Assembly: GCA_964270895.1 (NCBI GenBank) | Contig: OZ185442.1 | Reading direction: 5' to 3' (one strand) | Length of the DNA stretch: 64,000 nt | DNA from: Podarcis filfolensis | Taxonomy: Eukaryota | Part shown: piece after piece, positions 12,201-25,483 of the stretch | Position numbering within the stretch: the first letter of the stretch is position 1 | Layout of the letters: each line of letters starts with the position of its first letter | The notes under the pieces: generated by a model | The model's input: the letters and a program-made list of their open reading frames with translations, nothing else | What the model was told of the DNA's origin: nothing | Database searches by the model: none | Translations under genes and position numbers: made by a program

Positions 12201-15200
12201 GCTTGGAATGGAAATTCCTAGGGCACTTGGCAAATCTGCAGGCATGGAGCTGTGCCATTTTGGGTTCCTGTCACCACTGTTGCTGGGTGGGGGTGGTTGT
12301 GTGGGTGGGCTTTAAATCCCACCCTTTTGTAGGCCAGGGCCATCCGTTTAGGAGCTGGCCCTCCCAAAATATCTCATCCAGTCCCAAGCCTGGTTCCAGG
12401 CTGCAACATGCCACAAGTGCAGGGCTGGTATGTTGCAGGTGGATGTGCACAGAGACAACTTAGGCAAGTGAGCCCAGCCACAACCTGCTGGGAACAGGCT
12501 CTCCCCTCATCCCAGGCCACTGGGCACATGATCTCTATTACTGTTGAGGGGCAACTCCTTCCTTACACCAAGCAGATTTCCAGACTCCTCTGTACAATCT
12601 GTTAATTCAGCATTAAGCCCATTTTGCTTGCACAAAGTTTGCACAGAGATTAGATAATATTTGGGCTTAATTGGGCATTCTTTCCAAATTCTTTATGAGA
12701 CGGTTATATGGCAATGAGATGTCATCCTTCATTCACCCCGATTTGCTTGTGGGGTGCTTACACACCTTCCCGTTAGTAATTCTTTCATCCCATACTTTTC
12801 TTCCCATCACTTCCCAAACTGAAAGAAATCAAAAAAGCAAAAGCAAAAGTGGATTTGTTTTGTTAGGATGGAGAGGTGTTTTAATTCATGGAAGGTTCAT
12901 GGTACAGCTGAATCTTTCTTGCAAAATAATGAGTCTGGAGGCACACTCAGTCATCTGTGTGTGCTCCAAAGTCCTTCCACCAAGCTTTTCCTAAAGGGAA
13001 AGAATTGAACTTAGCTGTGTAACACCCAGTGCTCCACCCCCGGTTGTGGTGTTGGGATGGGTGTGCACTAGGTGTTTGCAGTAACAGAAAATGGCTTCTC
13101 TTGACCCAGCACCTGCTTTTTTAGCAAAGAGATCTTTGGGCCCCAGAGGAGCAATTGTGCCTCTTGGATTCCTGGGCAAACAGCTGCTGCTCAGACAAGA
13201 AGCAGCAACTGGTGTCCAATGCTACTTTTGCAGCAAAGGAAACTGATACGGTGGCCATTGTGTGCTGGTTTCTGCTGTGCCCTCCTGCTCTTGGGGGCCT
13301 CCTTAGAAAGATGAGAGCCTGGAAAGTTGGCTTGTTGATCAGGGTCTGGTTGCCATTTGTGGCTCTTCTAAGAAATACACTTTAAAAACACACACACATG
13401 TATTATTTTCCATGTAAGTGCTTACCTGAACTGGTCCCCACATTCTTTGTTACCTTGGTATACACGGGATATAAGGGCCATTGCCTATTTTAAAAAGAGA
13501 ATGTCTCTGGCCATGTGCTGAGTGACTTTCCAGCATGGCTGAGGCATCACAGCCTCTGTCCCTTTTGCATCCAGAGCGTTGCAGAGGGTAGAACTAATGG
13601 TGTCTGAGTGTGAAGCTTCTAGGCTGGGTGAGCCCAACACCATTATTTGGGCTAGTAGTGCTTTGCATTTGTCCTGGTGCGATTTTTCTCTAGAAGCCTG
13701 AGTTCTAGTCTTTGGCTTTCTGCTCTCCAGCCCCAAAAGAAATGCTAGACTCTCTCCCTGTTTGGACAGGGCACAGGGTCCTCAGTTTTAATCACTGGTC
13801 GAATTTGCTAAGTTGCATGTTTCAGCACTCAGTCCTCTGTGTGTGCAGGCAAAACGTCTGGTTCTGTTGGTTGCTCCTGTTACCTTCCCAATTTGGCCCA
13901 CTTTGCGCTGGGCTTTAATGGAGTAGAAGGGAGGAAATTCCATTGGGACGGAAGGAAGTGCGATAACATTGAGTGCCTTTGCAACAAGGCTGGTTCTGGT
14001 GTATAAAAATAGTGTTTGGGTAAGCAAGCACTTTGCGTTATTTGTAGTCTGAGTGAGGAGGCCTGGCAGCACCCACAAATGCTTTTCAGAGCAGCCCCAG
14101 CAACCCTCTTCCCACTGGGACCTTGCAGCTCTGCAGGCGGCTTCTGTGTGGGAGAGGTGGAGAGAAGACATTTGGCATTTTCACTCACAGTGAGGTGGGT
14201 CAAGCCTGCTCCCTGCAGGGTTCAGCTGCACTCCCTCAGATAGCATTCAGCAGTCCCTGGTGCGGAGACCGTGGTGGCTGCCATTGCTAAGGCGACTGAT
14301 GTGGGAGGCTCTGTGGAGCGAGCTGGTGATTGGAAGAGTGGGAGGCTGGCCACGCGAGTGCTCAAGTTGCAGGAAAGCAGCAACAGAGAAGCAGGGGGAG
14401 AAGGGAGGCCTGTGGGTGGGATGTGGGACTCTGTGGACAGGCTTAGGCAGCAGCACTATGCCAAGCTCACACCTAAACCCCTCAGCTGAATTCTGCAGCT
14501 TGCATTTTGCATCTTTCAATAAATGGGGGAGGAATATTTGTGTTTTCTCCGCTGTGGTTAGATATTATGCAATCAAACTTCCTTTGAAAAACCCATTTGC
14601 TGCATTGAGAAGGCCAAAGTTACGCAATGAGGGAAAATGTTCCGTGGATTCCAGTCACATTCCACTTGGATCACCTTTTAGGCTATTTGTTGCGAACCAA
14701 AAAGCCTTCTGAAAAACAAGTAGTCTCTTTAATGACTTTGCCATTTGGGTGCAAACAAGAATCGCCGGGGGGGGGGGGAGAGGGAAGAAACCGAGGTGGG
14801 CTTCCTCTGTAGCAGGTCTGCATCTCTACCATGTAGGTTTGAGCTTATCTTCCTGTCTAGGATCTAGTTTTGTGCCAGCACATGGCAGAGTGTTGGGGGA
14901 TAGTTGTATGCAAGAGGGAGAGGCCCTTCTGCGTTTTGCTTGCTGCATCCCCACAAATCCATGTGTCTTCATGCAGATTGCAAAAATTTGTGGCTTCTCA
15001 ACACCATGTGTTGTATGGGAAACCACAGCAGCTCCTGTGAAATTTGGGTTTTTAGCCATGCATATCTGAAGAATGAATATGATGTGGGAATCCTTCAGAG
15101 GCGACACAGAAGATGTCTGGGGAGGTATAGCTGTTGATATCCAAACAGACCTTTGACTACTGCTTACTTCTGCATACCCCATTTTCCTCCAGCATCTCTC

Positions 15201-15504
15201 TCCCCACCCCCCATTGCCAAAGGCCTTTCTGACTCTCTGGGATGTATCAAATGACCATAAATTGTATTGATTCATCTCATCAGAGACACAAAGTAATAGT
15301 TAGCAAAATTAAGAGTGTATGTGTGCAGCCTAGGAAAAATCTGGTTCAGATATGACCATAGCCACACATTCCAGTAGGTAGCCTTTAGGCAAGGTGCTTC
15401 TCTTAGCTTGACCTCAGCGCCCCCCCCCCCAACTGCAGTGTGAGGACAATAGTACTGATCTACCTTACAGTGGCTCACAGTGTAATGCAAAGCCATTGTT
15501 TGTT

Positions 15505-15848
15505 TGACAAACTATGAGCTATCTCACATGATCTAGCAAACCATGGCTCGTTTCTCCAAGGTTTGTTTTGTTTTCCATTTTGTACCTTTGTGGCTGGAGC
15601 GGAGCAGCCAAATTATAATTAAGGAACCACTAATAAATCTTAAACCATTATTAAGTAAGGGTTTGGGGTTTGCATAGAACACTGAGCCATAGTTTAAAAA
15701 CCCCAAATTTCTAAGCCAATGATGGATCATGGCTTCAAATGTTGGTTTGTTGGTAGATGCTGGAGAGACTTTGGATGATGAAACAAACCATGGTTTAATA
15801 AGCAATAGTTTAATAAACAGTTGCTTAGCATTGTGTGCACACCAGGCC
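15505..15848. mobile_element. Degenerate palindromic MITE with AAACCATGG(T/C)T motifs, possibly PIF/Harbinger-type
   Basis: Repeated AAACCATGG motifs near both ends and loosely inverted termini. Family uncertain. Confidence 0.35.
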
Positions 15849-16179
15849 AGTGTTGGCATTCAAATTGCTATGCACTGAAATAAATTATATTAATACTAAG
15901 CATTGTGGTGACTCTCCTCTTTTGCATAGAGAATATCCAGTTGCATTAGTTCCATATGCCTTGCTGCTTGGTGCTTCTCAATAACTTATTTGAAATCCCA
16001 CTTACTGCGTGGATAAGGCCTTTCTCTCTTGCATATTTTCTCCAGCTGTGCCATTTCTCTCTCCCTCTTTCTGTGTGGTTTGGTTTTGGGGCGGGGTGGT
16101 GGTGGAACCCTACACCTCTCCTTCGCTCACAGATGGGGCCTTTCTACAGTGTCACTGCTGGTTTGCATAAAGAAGAGGG

Positions 16180-16300
16180 AGGCGTGTGGCTACGTATGGG
16201 GTTGGCTGACACCCAATGAGGTTTTTAATGCACACTTCACCTCAAATAAGGAAACACAAAGAGGGCCGTAACACAGGGAGGCTGGCCGGGTGACATCACT
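16180..16300 (+). promoter_or_regulatory. Putative promoter of the 16475 exon
   Basis: GC-box-like GGAGGCGTGTGG, a CCAAT near 16214 and a CRE/AP-1-like TGACATCA at 16291-16298, in a locally CpG-enriched stretch just upstream of the candidate first exon. Confidence 0.3.
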
Positions 16301-16474
16301 GCTCAAAGAGTGACCAAAGTGCAGTTCTTGTCTGGTGGCTGGTTAACTTGGAGCAGGACGGGAGGCTGGCTCGGACCGCCAGAGTGACTCTGTGGATCTG
16401 TGCATTAATTCTGCACCCCTTTGGGACATGGTCACGGCGTCTTCCAGCTGAAAGGAGGGCAATCCAGCGGGCAG

Positions 16475-16526
16475 ATGAACACTGAGAAATACAGGAAGTT
16501 CCTGGATGGACTCAACAACCTGAAAG
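16475..16526 (+). CDS. MACF1: Probable MACF1 alternative first coding exon, plectin-1e-like: MNTEKYRKFLDGLNNLK|(D)
   Basis: 17 codons +1 nt with an upstream in-frame TAA at 16406-16408 and an AAG|GTACAG donor. The phase-1 join gives [11 protein letters not shown], as in plectin 1e (MDPSRAIQNEISSLK-D, recalled). Confidence 0.7.
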
Positions 16527-19500
16527 GTACAGATGCAAGCTCCTTTATTTCTCTCCCGTTGGAGTGTGTGTAGAAAGGAGCAAGGTAGCTGAGCCAGCTC
16601 TGTCGCCAGGCTCAGGAGGGAGCAGAGCCCGTTCTCAGGTGGGCACAGGTGCCTGGGATAGGAAGGAATAAGCTCCCAAAGGCTGGCGACGGACAACAGT
16701 TTTGCAGCCAGTTGACGGTGGTTTGTCAGGCACTTCACTTGACTGGAGAGGGGGGCAGCTGTGCACAAGCGTTCCTTTTGTTCCACGGCTGCCTCTGGTC
16801 AAACAGGCTTTGCATGTTTTTAGGACTCAGTGAAAACTGCAAATCCTTTTGGCCAGTGGTGCAAATGGGATGTGTGTCTGTATCATGAGCAGCAGCAGCA
16901 CCAGTGATTTCCTCTTCAACCTGCCTTCAGCTCTCTGAAGAGCCATTGTCTCCAGCTGGAGACTGGCTTTGTGGGCAGTCAGGCTGGAAGGGAAGCGACT
17001 GTTCTCCTTCCCATTAATCTCTGTCCGCCTCAGGTCGGCTGTTCTGTTGGTGGGGCGGGGGATCGACCCCTGTCCTGCTTTGTTCTTCAAGAGGTAGCTG
17101 GTCCAGCCTTTGTCCTGGCGGTCCCACCTTGTTTCCGGTACCCATTTCTCCCAAGGTGTCTCAGTGATGCATGAGTCAGAGTTTAAACATGAACCTCTTT
17201 CCTGCAATAGCTGAAGGCAATGGCTTTATAGGGACAGGAAAGGATCTAGAAAGCATTTGCTCTTTTACATAAGAAAAACAACTCTCTTTTTTCTTAAAAA
17301 AATGTTGCATTATTGCCATTCCTTGGAGTCCAGAGAGGGCTTTGCTAAATAACAACCTGAGAACTTTGCTTTGCTTCTTCCTGCCCTCTGAATCTACCAT
17401 CCTTGCTAGGTTCTGATTTGCAGAGAAGTTTCCAAGCATTTTCGCTCTGTGTGGTTTTTTTTTGGGGGGGGGATATGGATGGACAGACACGTAAAGCTCT
17501 TGTATGAACCAGGATTGTAGACCGGAGGGAGCAGATGGTGCTATGTGATCCTTTTGTAGCAGGATCATGATGGATGGAGACACTCCTTGATGCTCCAGCC
17601 AAGCTCTCACTTCCCAGCTCCATTTTTTTCCACCTCTTTCCCCCCACCCCACCCCCAGAGGTTGGGAGAGGGGATAAATGTGTCGATGGACATTTGATCA
17701 AGCTCTCTGTGGCCTCTTGAAGCAGGTGCTGGATGGTGGAGAGGGGGGCGCTTGCACAAATGTTCAGTCTGCGCATGCGGTGTGTGGCTAGTGAGATACT
17801 TGGGCATATGCTGAATGGCGGCTTGGCTCAATATGCCTTACAGATATTTTTGCAGCAGGGCAGTCTGTGCCATGCTGGAGATGTTCAGAGCCTTCTCTGT
17901 CAGTTTGAAAAGGCAGAATGATGCAGGAGAATTTGCTGTGCCCAAATGCTAAATGGTCATACTTGAAATACTGCTCCGACATACTTGAAATGGTCATACT
18001 TGAAATACTGCTTATGGCAGGGGGTTCGACTGGCTTATTTGTAGCAGGAAAGGATTTTGGTGGATTCCTAAGACTGATGCTTGTTTTCACCAGGTTATGT
18101 CCAGCCACCCTTTTGGGAAGGTTGCCTTCCCCTTGGACCCACAGCCACATATTTCCCGTGCCCAGTTGTCTGCAAGCCCCTCTGAGCAGCAAAGAGAGAG
18201 GGACAGGAGTAGCTGCAGTGGGAAAGGGTAGAAGCTGATTCTAGGAAAGAGCCATAGCTTGGTGGCATCCCACCAATGTTGCATGCAGATGGTCCTGGGT
18301 TCAGTCCCCACAATTTCCTCCTAAGTCTGAGAAATAGTCCTCTCTTGAGCCCCTAAGCAGCCGCTGAGAGTTGATGTTGTGTCCGACCATCACTTTGAAA
18401 CTCCCTGCCCATTGACACTAGGCAGCCAGTCTTTGTGGTTAAAACATTTTTGGTTAGGCGAGCCTATCCAGACATGTCAATGTCAATATGCTTTAATCTT
18501 TTTTTAAAAAAAACTGTTGTTACTAATGTTTTAAATTGTTTTAAACTGTTTTATTGGTAGTTTTAATATTTGGCATAAAACGCTCAGAGATTTTGCTGCA
18601 ATCAGTTGGTGTCTGAGCTTCCCCAAATGAATAAATAAATCCACCCTGAGCTTTTGGTGGACTTAGAGTCAGATTCCTGGGTGTTGCAGCTTCCTGTGTC
18701 CCTATGGGCAAGGACTTAGAGGGGAATGGGCAGGCAGCTGGGCTCAATGGCTCAAACTTCCTCTGTGTTGGCAAGCAAAGAAGTCTGCTCATCGACTCTT
18801 TCACTGGCTTGAACTGCAGGAGAATATTGTGTCTTGTTGGGGCGTCTCATTAGTCAATGTGTTTTGGCCTAGTTTTCTCTCTCTTTCCTGTTTATTTTCC
18901 TGGCCCCCAGCAGGGCTCCAGAGCTTTCCTGGGGTAGTCCAGTGACCCATTTTGACTTGTCGTGGCCTCTGTTCCTTCTGTTTCCTGTTGGAATAAGGCT
19001 GGTTGGTAATGGCAACTCCAGCGGGGAAGTCTCCCCGAACAAGCCTGTGTTTCAAACACAATCTAAATTTGAAATGGTCGTCCTGGAGCCAGGCTTGTAG
19101 ACAGCTGCTCACCTCATTGCCTCTGTTGATTTAGAAATTGCCTCTAGGTGACCAGGAAGGAGATGTGGAAGACAGTTCTTGTTTACCCTTTTAGGTGACT
19201 GCTGTGCCACAAATGGTTGATATATAGTGTGGGGTGTGGTTTTTTGTGTGGTTTTTTGTGTGGTTTTTTGTTTAAATGGGGCAGTCTTTGACTTGTTTGA
19301 GGCTATAATGGAACCAAAATATGACAGTTTCCTCAAATAAAACAAGTTATTGGAGCTGAGGAAATCAGGAATTGCCTTAAATGGGGACACAGGGGCTAGA
19401 AACAGCTTGGAATCTGCTATTTATTATGATGACTAGTAATAGTAAGTAGTGGCACCAGCAGCAGGAGCTGACGTTTTCTCAGGCTTAAAAGCATTGTTTG

Positions 19501-20023
19501 GGAGAAAGGCACTCCTTTCTCCTTTTGACTATTATACTTACGGTAAGCAATGATCTGCCATGACTCAAATGGGATCCCAGAGAGCTTAAATTCAGCCCTG
19601 GCTGTCCATAATTTTTCTCTGGAAGTTCTCTCAGCTGATCATGATGTTTTGTGTTGCAAAGGTGAGCTGTGTGTTTAGTTTAGCTCAATGCCAAAGGGGC
19701 TGCCCTCTGCCTGTTTTCACATTCCCACCTGGCTCGCTGTCACTTTCATGTTGCCAGACTTAGAAGAGAGGCCTGTGACCTCCTATTCCTGCATTTGCCA
19801 TACAAGAAGAGTTAATCCAGTTCACTTAAATTGGAAGGACTTTGTGTGCGCAGAAAGAGTGTGTCAGAGAAGAGAAAGTTGGGGCTGTGTCCTTCATAGA
19901 TTTTTTTTCCTGTCTCCAACATTTGCAGCTGGTGTTGGGGAATCAAGTGTAAACCAAACTCCTGCATGGCTCAAGTAGTGAAGCAACTGTTTGGAATCAA
20001 GGGCAAGCCTGGAAACATTCTTT

Positions 20024-20026
<3 letters not shown>

Positions 20027-20071
<45 letters not shown>
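20027..20071. repeat. (AC)n microsatellite
   Basis: Direct reading. Confidence 0.95.
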
Positions 20072-20073
<2 letters not shown>

Positions 20074-23000
20074 TTCATATAACCCTCCCCATTTGGCCAG
20101 CACATCAGCAGCTGTGATAAAGAAGTGAGTTTGGCAACTCATTGCCAACCAGCTGGCCTTTTTGTTTAAAAGTATCTTTTAAAAAATGAAAGGTATTGCA
20201 TACCTGTCTTCTGCCCGGTGCTGGACCTTCTGTTTTTCTCCACTTGGCCCAGCTGACCTTGTGTTCCACTTTTGCTCCTCCTGCATTCAATTCTGCATCT
20301 ATGCTGGTTTAGGGCTAGGCAATTAGCAGGTCGCTGCTGGATTTGTGGAAGAGTCGGCATTTGTTCTCCTGATGCAGTCCCTGCTGTGTTCCTCTCCCCT
20401 GGGCTTGTAGACCCTCTCAGGGAAGCAGAGGAACTCTGGCCCTTGGACTCAAGGAATGCTCAAGGTGCTTTGGCAAAGATTGTGCCCAGTGGGGAGTGAA
20501 AAAGACCTGGATTGCTGTGTGGCTTTTTGACATATTCCTTTGGGACCCTGCTGTCTTGCTAGCCTTCTTCACTTCTTGATTGTTTTGAACCCACTGTGCT
20601 GAAATTATAATTTCATTGTTTTATATTTTATGTAAGATGGTTTGAGGGATTTTTTTTTAAAAAAAACAACAACCAATCAAGCAGTGTACAAATTTCATGA
20701 AATAAACAAATGTTCACATGCCTGCAGTGCTGTTGCTGTCAATGTCACAGCTTCCCCACATTTCTGCAAAAGGCCTTCAAAGAGATTGCAGCCCAGAACT
20801 GTGGTATTTGGTAGCAAAGTTGATTCTGTTGAATTTGGACTCTGGTCACTGGAGCATCAAAGTAACTGACTTCCTTTTAGATGTTTGGTTGTAACTGTTT
20901 TTGCTGTGCTATTGCCAGAGGTGGCTGTCCTTCAAGGACTTCATTAGTTTTCATTTTGTATCTCTTTGGCCTCTGCATGCAGATGGGACAGACCTTGGTG
21001 TTTCATGGCTACCTCACTGCCCTGTTTATCATGTACCCTGACAGGTAACCCTTGGCAGGTAACCCTTCAGTGCGTGTGTCAGAGAGGGGGCTAAGACACA
21101 AATGCTAGTGCCTCAACTAGCCTGTTAGTCTTCTAGACTTGTGTTCAAATCCAACCAACAATTTATTGGGTTGCTCCAGCTACTCTGTGCAACTTCTTCA
21201 CAATGAAATGAAATAAAACCTGGTGCATGAATTCTGAATTCCTGATTTACTTGCAGCTTTCAGGGTGTTGGGCAGCAATCCTACAGGCTGAGTTGGGCAA
21301 TTGGGGATGGATTCTACTTGACACTGGTGCCAAGAATGAAGCAACTGCTGTGCTTAATCAATATGACGCATGGAGCTTAAATCAAGCTCTGCTACAGCCC
21401 CAGAGTTACCTTAGAACTTCAGCTTTTATGTCTGAAACTTAGAACTTAGCTGCAGAACCTCTGAGTGTGTGCAGAATACTTTCTCATCACTTGAGAAACT
21501 ACAGGCAGCCCTGGGTAGACTGGGGCTCATGGCTTCCGGCTTGAATGATGTGCTGGGGCAACCCAGCCAGATGGGCAAGGTAAAATAAAATGGTAAATTT
21601 TGCACTTTTGATGTGGCCTCTTTCTAGCCCCACATGACATACCGAATGCATGGGATGGAGACTGGATCACAACGTTCCACAGATTTGGTACCCCCTGGTG
21701 GGTCACATGAACGGGTCGTGTGTGGGAGGGGGGAGAATGATCCACAGGTGCTGTTTTGATTACTTCTACCGTGATGCCATGATCCCATAAAAGTATTTTG
21801 CTGATATGATTCTTTTTGTACATGAGGCCCTTGCGAAATGTGATACACTTCTTAACTGGGTTGAAGGAAGATATGTCTTAGAATCTAATGTTAGAACTTG
21901 GATACTTAGAATAACCTGTCCTGGGCTTCTTATGAAGGGTGGGATATAAATAAAACTTAACAAAATAAAACACCATCCATCTATCCTGCAGATGCATGGA
22001 ATGGAGAAAACACCTTTGAGCCTGTGTGGAGTGCCCTTTTTGTCACCATGAGGTCTGTTCGGAAAAATCTGCCTATACGTTTCCAAGCCCAGTTCAATGT
22101 TGAGTCAGCTGCAAATCTCTGAAGGAACCCCTTCCCCTCCTCCACTTGCCCAGGCTTTAAGTTTGGTACTAGAGGTTCTTATAGTTGTCCTGCTATCAGG
22201 TGAACAATGCTGTGTGAAAATGTGGGGAAAGACCTTTTTGGTGGTGGCACCCCATCCCTGGAAGGCCCTTCCCTCTTGCGGTGTGTCTAGTTCCCATATT
22301 CCTTGGTTTTTTGGCACTGGCTAAAGATGTCCAGGGTTCTGGGTGGAGTTGTAATAAGGTTTGTTACTGTATTAAAAACCTGCTATAATACATAGCAGCT
22401 ATATCATTATGATAGTGCTTTAGTAATTTTTATCTGATGTGTTGGATTTGTTTCTTTTTGCAACAGTCATTGTTATTTGTTTTATGTTATAACAATCCTA
22501 GGATTGTTAAAACAACGAAGAACGGGTTTATAAATGGAAGGAAATGAAATAAATAATTATCTCAACGTTCATTTCTTTTTTCAGTATAGAGGGTTTTTTT
22601 ATTCTGCCTTTCCGGTGGCTCTGCGTCTTTTAAACTGCCAAAACTGTACTTTAATAATACATTAGGACAAATACGTTGTAATTGGTATACTTCATTTTAG
22701 TTTATGGCGTGGGACTTTCTGTCCTTCTTTCAAAGAGCTGAGGGCAGTGTACATAATTCTGTCTCTGATTCGTACAACGACCCTTTGAGGTAGGTTGGGT
22801 GGAGAGGCAGGAACCTGGCCAATGGTCACCCAGGGAGCTTCATGGCTGCGTGGGGATTTCTGAACCCATGTGTCTCCAGTATTGATTTTTGTCATGTAAG
22901 CCATTATGGGGGCTTTTGGCCAGTTATGTGGGAGCTTGCATTTGAATGAATAACAATAGGAATATTCCCATTTTGATCCATGCTGAGTCAGCAGTGTTCC

Positions 23001-23796
23001 CTCCCCTTCATTCCCCAGAGGGTCCTCACAGAAGCAAAGCCCTCCTGTTAATTGTCTTATTTGTTCCCTTAGGCTGGAAGTCACATTGCTAATGTAGGTC
23101 ACTGAGCTTTCCAGGAGAAATTTCCTGCCTCAAGTTTTGATGGGCAGCAGCCATGACGGTCACTGCTCTTGAACAGACACACACATGCACACACCCTGTG
23201 CAAAGTGCCCAGTGGCTTCCTGCTTAGCTCACGTGGAGGGAGAAGCTCTTTTGACCAAGATTTTATTATGGCATTGTCTCCCCAGATGTGGGTTTCACCT
23301 TCTCCCCAGCTGGCTTGTTGTTTTCCAGCAGGCAAAGTTCCAGTAGCCAAGGTTTCTAGACCACCTTTCTTCCCCATGTGCCTGGGCCATTGTCCAGGAA
23401 ACCTTTGGACCCTTAAAATGCTTCTGGCTAAACCTTCCTACAAAAGATGGCTTCCTTCAGTCTATCCACCCTAAGGAAGTCTCAGAAAACAACTGCCCTC
23501 TACTATTGAAGGTTCATTCATGAACCCCATTCAGGTGGCAAAGGTGTGTCTCTGGGGGATGAAGAGAGGGAGAAGCCCTGCTTCATAGCTCTGAAGCTTT
23601 GTTCTCCATTAAGGAGCAGCAGCCCCTTGGCATTTTCTTACCTGACCTTCTGTGTGTGAGTTTCAGGGGTGGGGATTGGCCAGTGTTAATGACACCAGCC
23701 TTTGCCAACCAGGTGCCCTCTGGATGCTACTGGACTACAACTCCCATCATCCCCTGTTGGCAGGGGCAGATGGCAGTGGAAGTCCCACAACATCTG

Positions 23797-24151
23797 GCCC
23801 AATTGCCTTCTAAATCCGGCCCGTGGACGGTCCGTGAACCAGCGTGTTTTTATATGAGTAGAATGTGTCCTTTTATTTAAAATGCCTCTCTGGGTTATTC
23901 GTGGGGCCTGCCTGGTGTTTTTACATGAGTAAAACGTGTCCTTTTATTTAAAATGCATCTCTGGGTTTTTGTGGGGCCTGCCTGGTATTTTTACATGAGT
24001 AGAATGTGTGCTTTTCTTTAAAATGCATCTCTGGGTTATTTGTGGAGCATAGGAATTCGTTCATTATTTTTTTCCAAAATATAGTCTGGCCCCCCACAAG
24101 GTTTGAGGGATAGTGGACTAGCCCCCTGCTGAAAAAGTTTGCTGATCCCTG
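23797..24151. mobile_element. hAT non-autonomous element with one intact TIR and an internal 70-71 bp tandem repeat
   Basis: Right end AAAAGTTTGCTGATCCCTG; about 2.9 repeat units at 23844-24045; left TIR not visible. Confidence 0.75.
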
Positions 24152-24954
24152 GTCTTGAGTGTTTTATACCATGGGTTATATTGTTTTACGGTGTGTTTTC
24201 TCCTTTAGTTAACTTCTAGGTGCGTTCTCTGTCCTCAAAAGCGCTTTTTAGAAATGGCCTTTGCTTCCTTGAGTTTCTATGGGGTGCCTGCTTCTGCCTT
24301 GAGGCTGCAGCTGTGTGTCATAATTGGACATGTAACCAGTAGCTTTCCACTGGAGTCTCTCTGGAGTGTGAGCCAGATGTTCATGCAGTAAAGTGGGTTA
24401 AGTGCCAGAAATTGGGCTGAAGCAGAAGCAGCGTGCCCCCTCCCTGCCTTTTTGCTGTTTTGGGGTCACCATTCTGAATGCAGTATCATTGACTGGTGAT
24501 GAAAACACCATCTGCCCCATGCCATATGTCCCCGTGCCTGTTTCCCTAAAGATACACTCAAAACCCAGTCTCCTGACCCAAGACGATGCTAATGTCTGCC
24601 CAAGGTGGATAACTGTGTCTTCGGATGGGATTTATCTGGTCCTCCGACTCTTTAGTGGCTGTGTATTTACTGAATGTGGGCGTTCCCTGAAATCATACCT
24701 GCTAGGGAGTGTCCATGTTGCTTGGACTGATTTGGCTAGCAAAACAGGGCTGGGTTCTTTCAGGCTCTGAATGTAAGAACATTGTTTGAGATCTTGTCCT
24801 TGCCGCTTGCCCAAGACCTTCACCACCCTTCAGCTTCCCTGAAATAGGTGGTTAAAGTGTTTTCCCAGGGTATCTGTTTCAAGTTACTTATTTATTGCAA
24901 TTTATATTCTACCTTTTTCTCTGAAGAACTCAAGGTGTGGTGTATGTGGTTCTC

Positions 24955-25086
24955 CTCAATACAACAACTCTACGAGGTAGGTTAGCCTGAGAGATAGTGA
25001 CTGGCCCCCAAGGTCACCCAGGGAGCTTCATGGCCGAGTGGGGATTTGAACCCTGGTCTCCCAGGTCCTAGTCCGAGACTCTAACC
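24955..25086 (-). mobile_element. MIR/CORE-like SINE interrupted by the hAT element at 25087
   Basis: CAACAACTCTACGAGGTAGG...AAGGTCACCCAGGGAGCTTCATGGCCGAGTGGGGATTTGAACCC...CTCTAACC. Confidence 0.75.
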
Positions 25087-25483
25087 CAGGGGTCGGCAAC
25101 GTTTTTTTGAGGCCGGTCTGATCCACTCCCCGGCAGACCTCTTGGTGGGCCGGAGTGTGCGCGCCTATGCACTCAAGCTATTTCCGGCGCTCTTCCAGGT
25201 TGGAACAGCGCCGAAAATAATGTGTGCGTATGCGCATGGGCGCTCCTCCGTTCCGGAAGTGTGCTGGAAATTGTGTGTGCGCATGCGTATGTACGCTCAG
25301 GTGTGCACACACTATTTCCGGCGCTCTTCTGACCCGGAAGTCGGTCCCCGCAGCAAGAAAAAACATGGCGCCGCAGGGGGAAAAGCACGGAATCCCCATG
25401 TCGATCCACGGAACGGCTGTGGCCTGGTTCCAGGAAGCTCATGGGCCAGAACTGGCCCATGGGCCTTAGGTTGCCAACCTTTG
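25087..25483. mobile_element. hAT (Charlie-like) non-autonomous element, CpG-rich
   Basis: TIRs CAGGGGTCGGCAAC / GTTGCCAACCTTTG. Perfect 8-bp TSD CTCTAACC at 25079-25086 and 25484-25491. Confidence 0.92.

Noticed and set aside
14260-14712. GC-rich ORFs near 14.3 kb
   Set aside because: No true ATG start, no splice-compatible ends and no recognisable protein.
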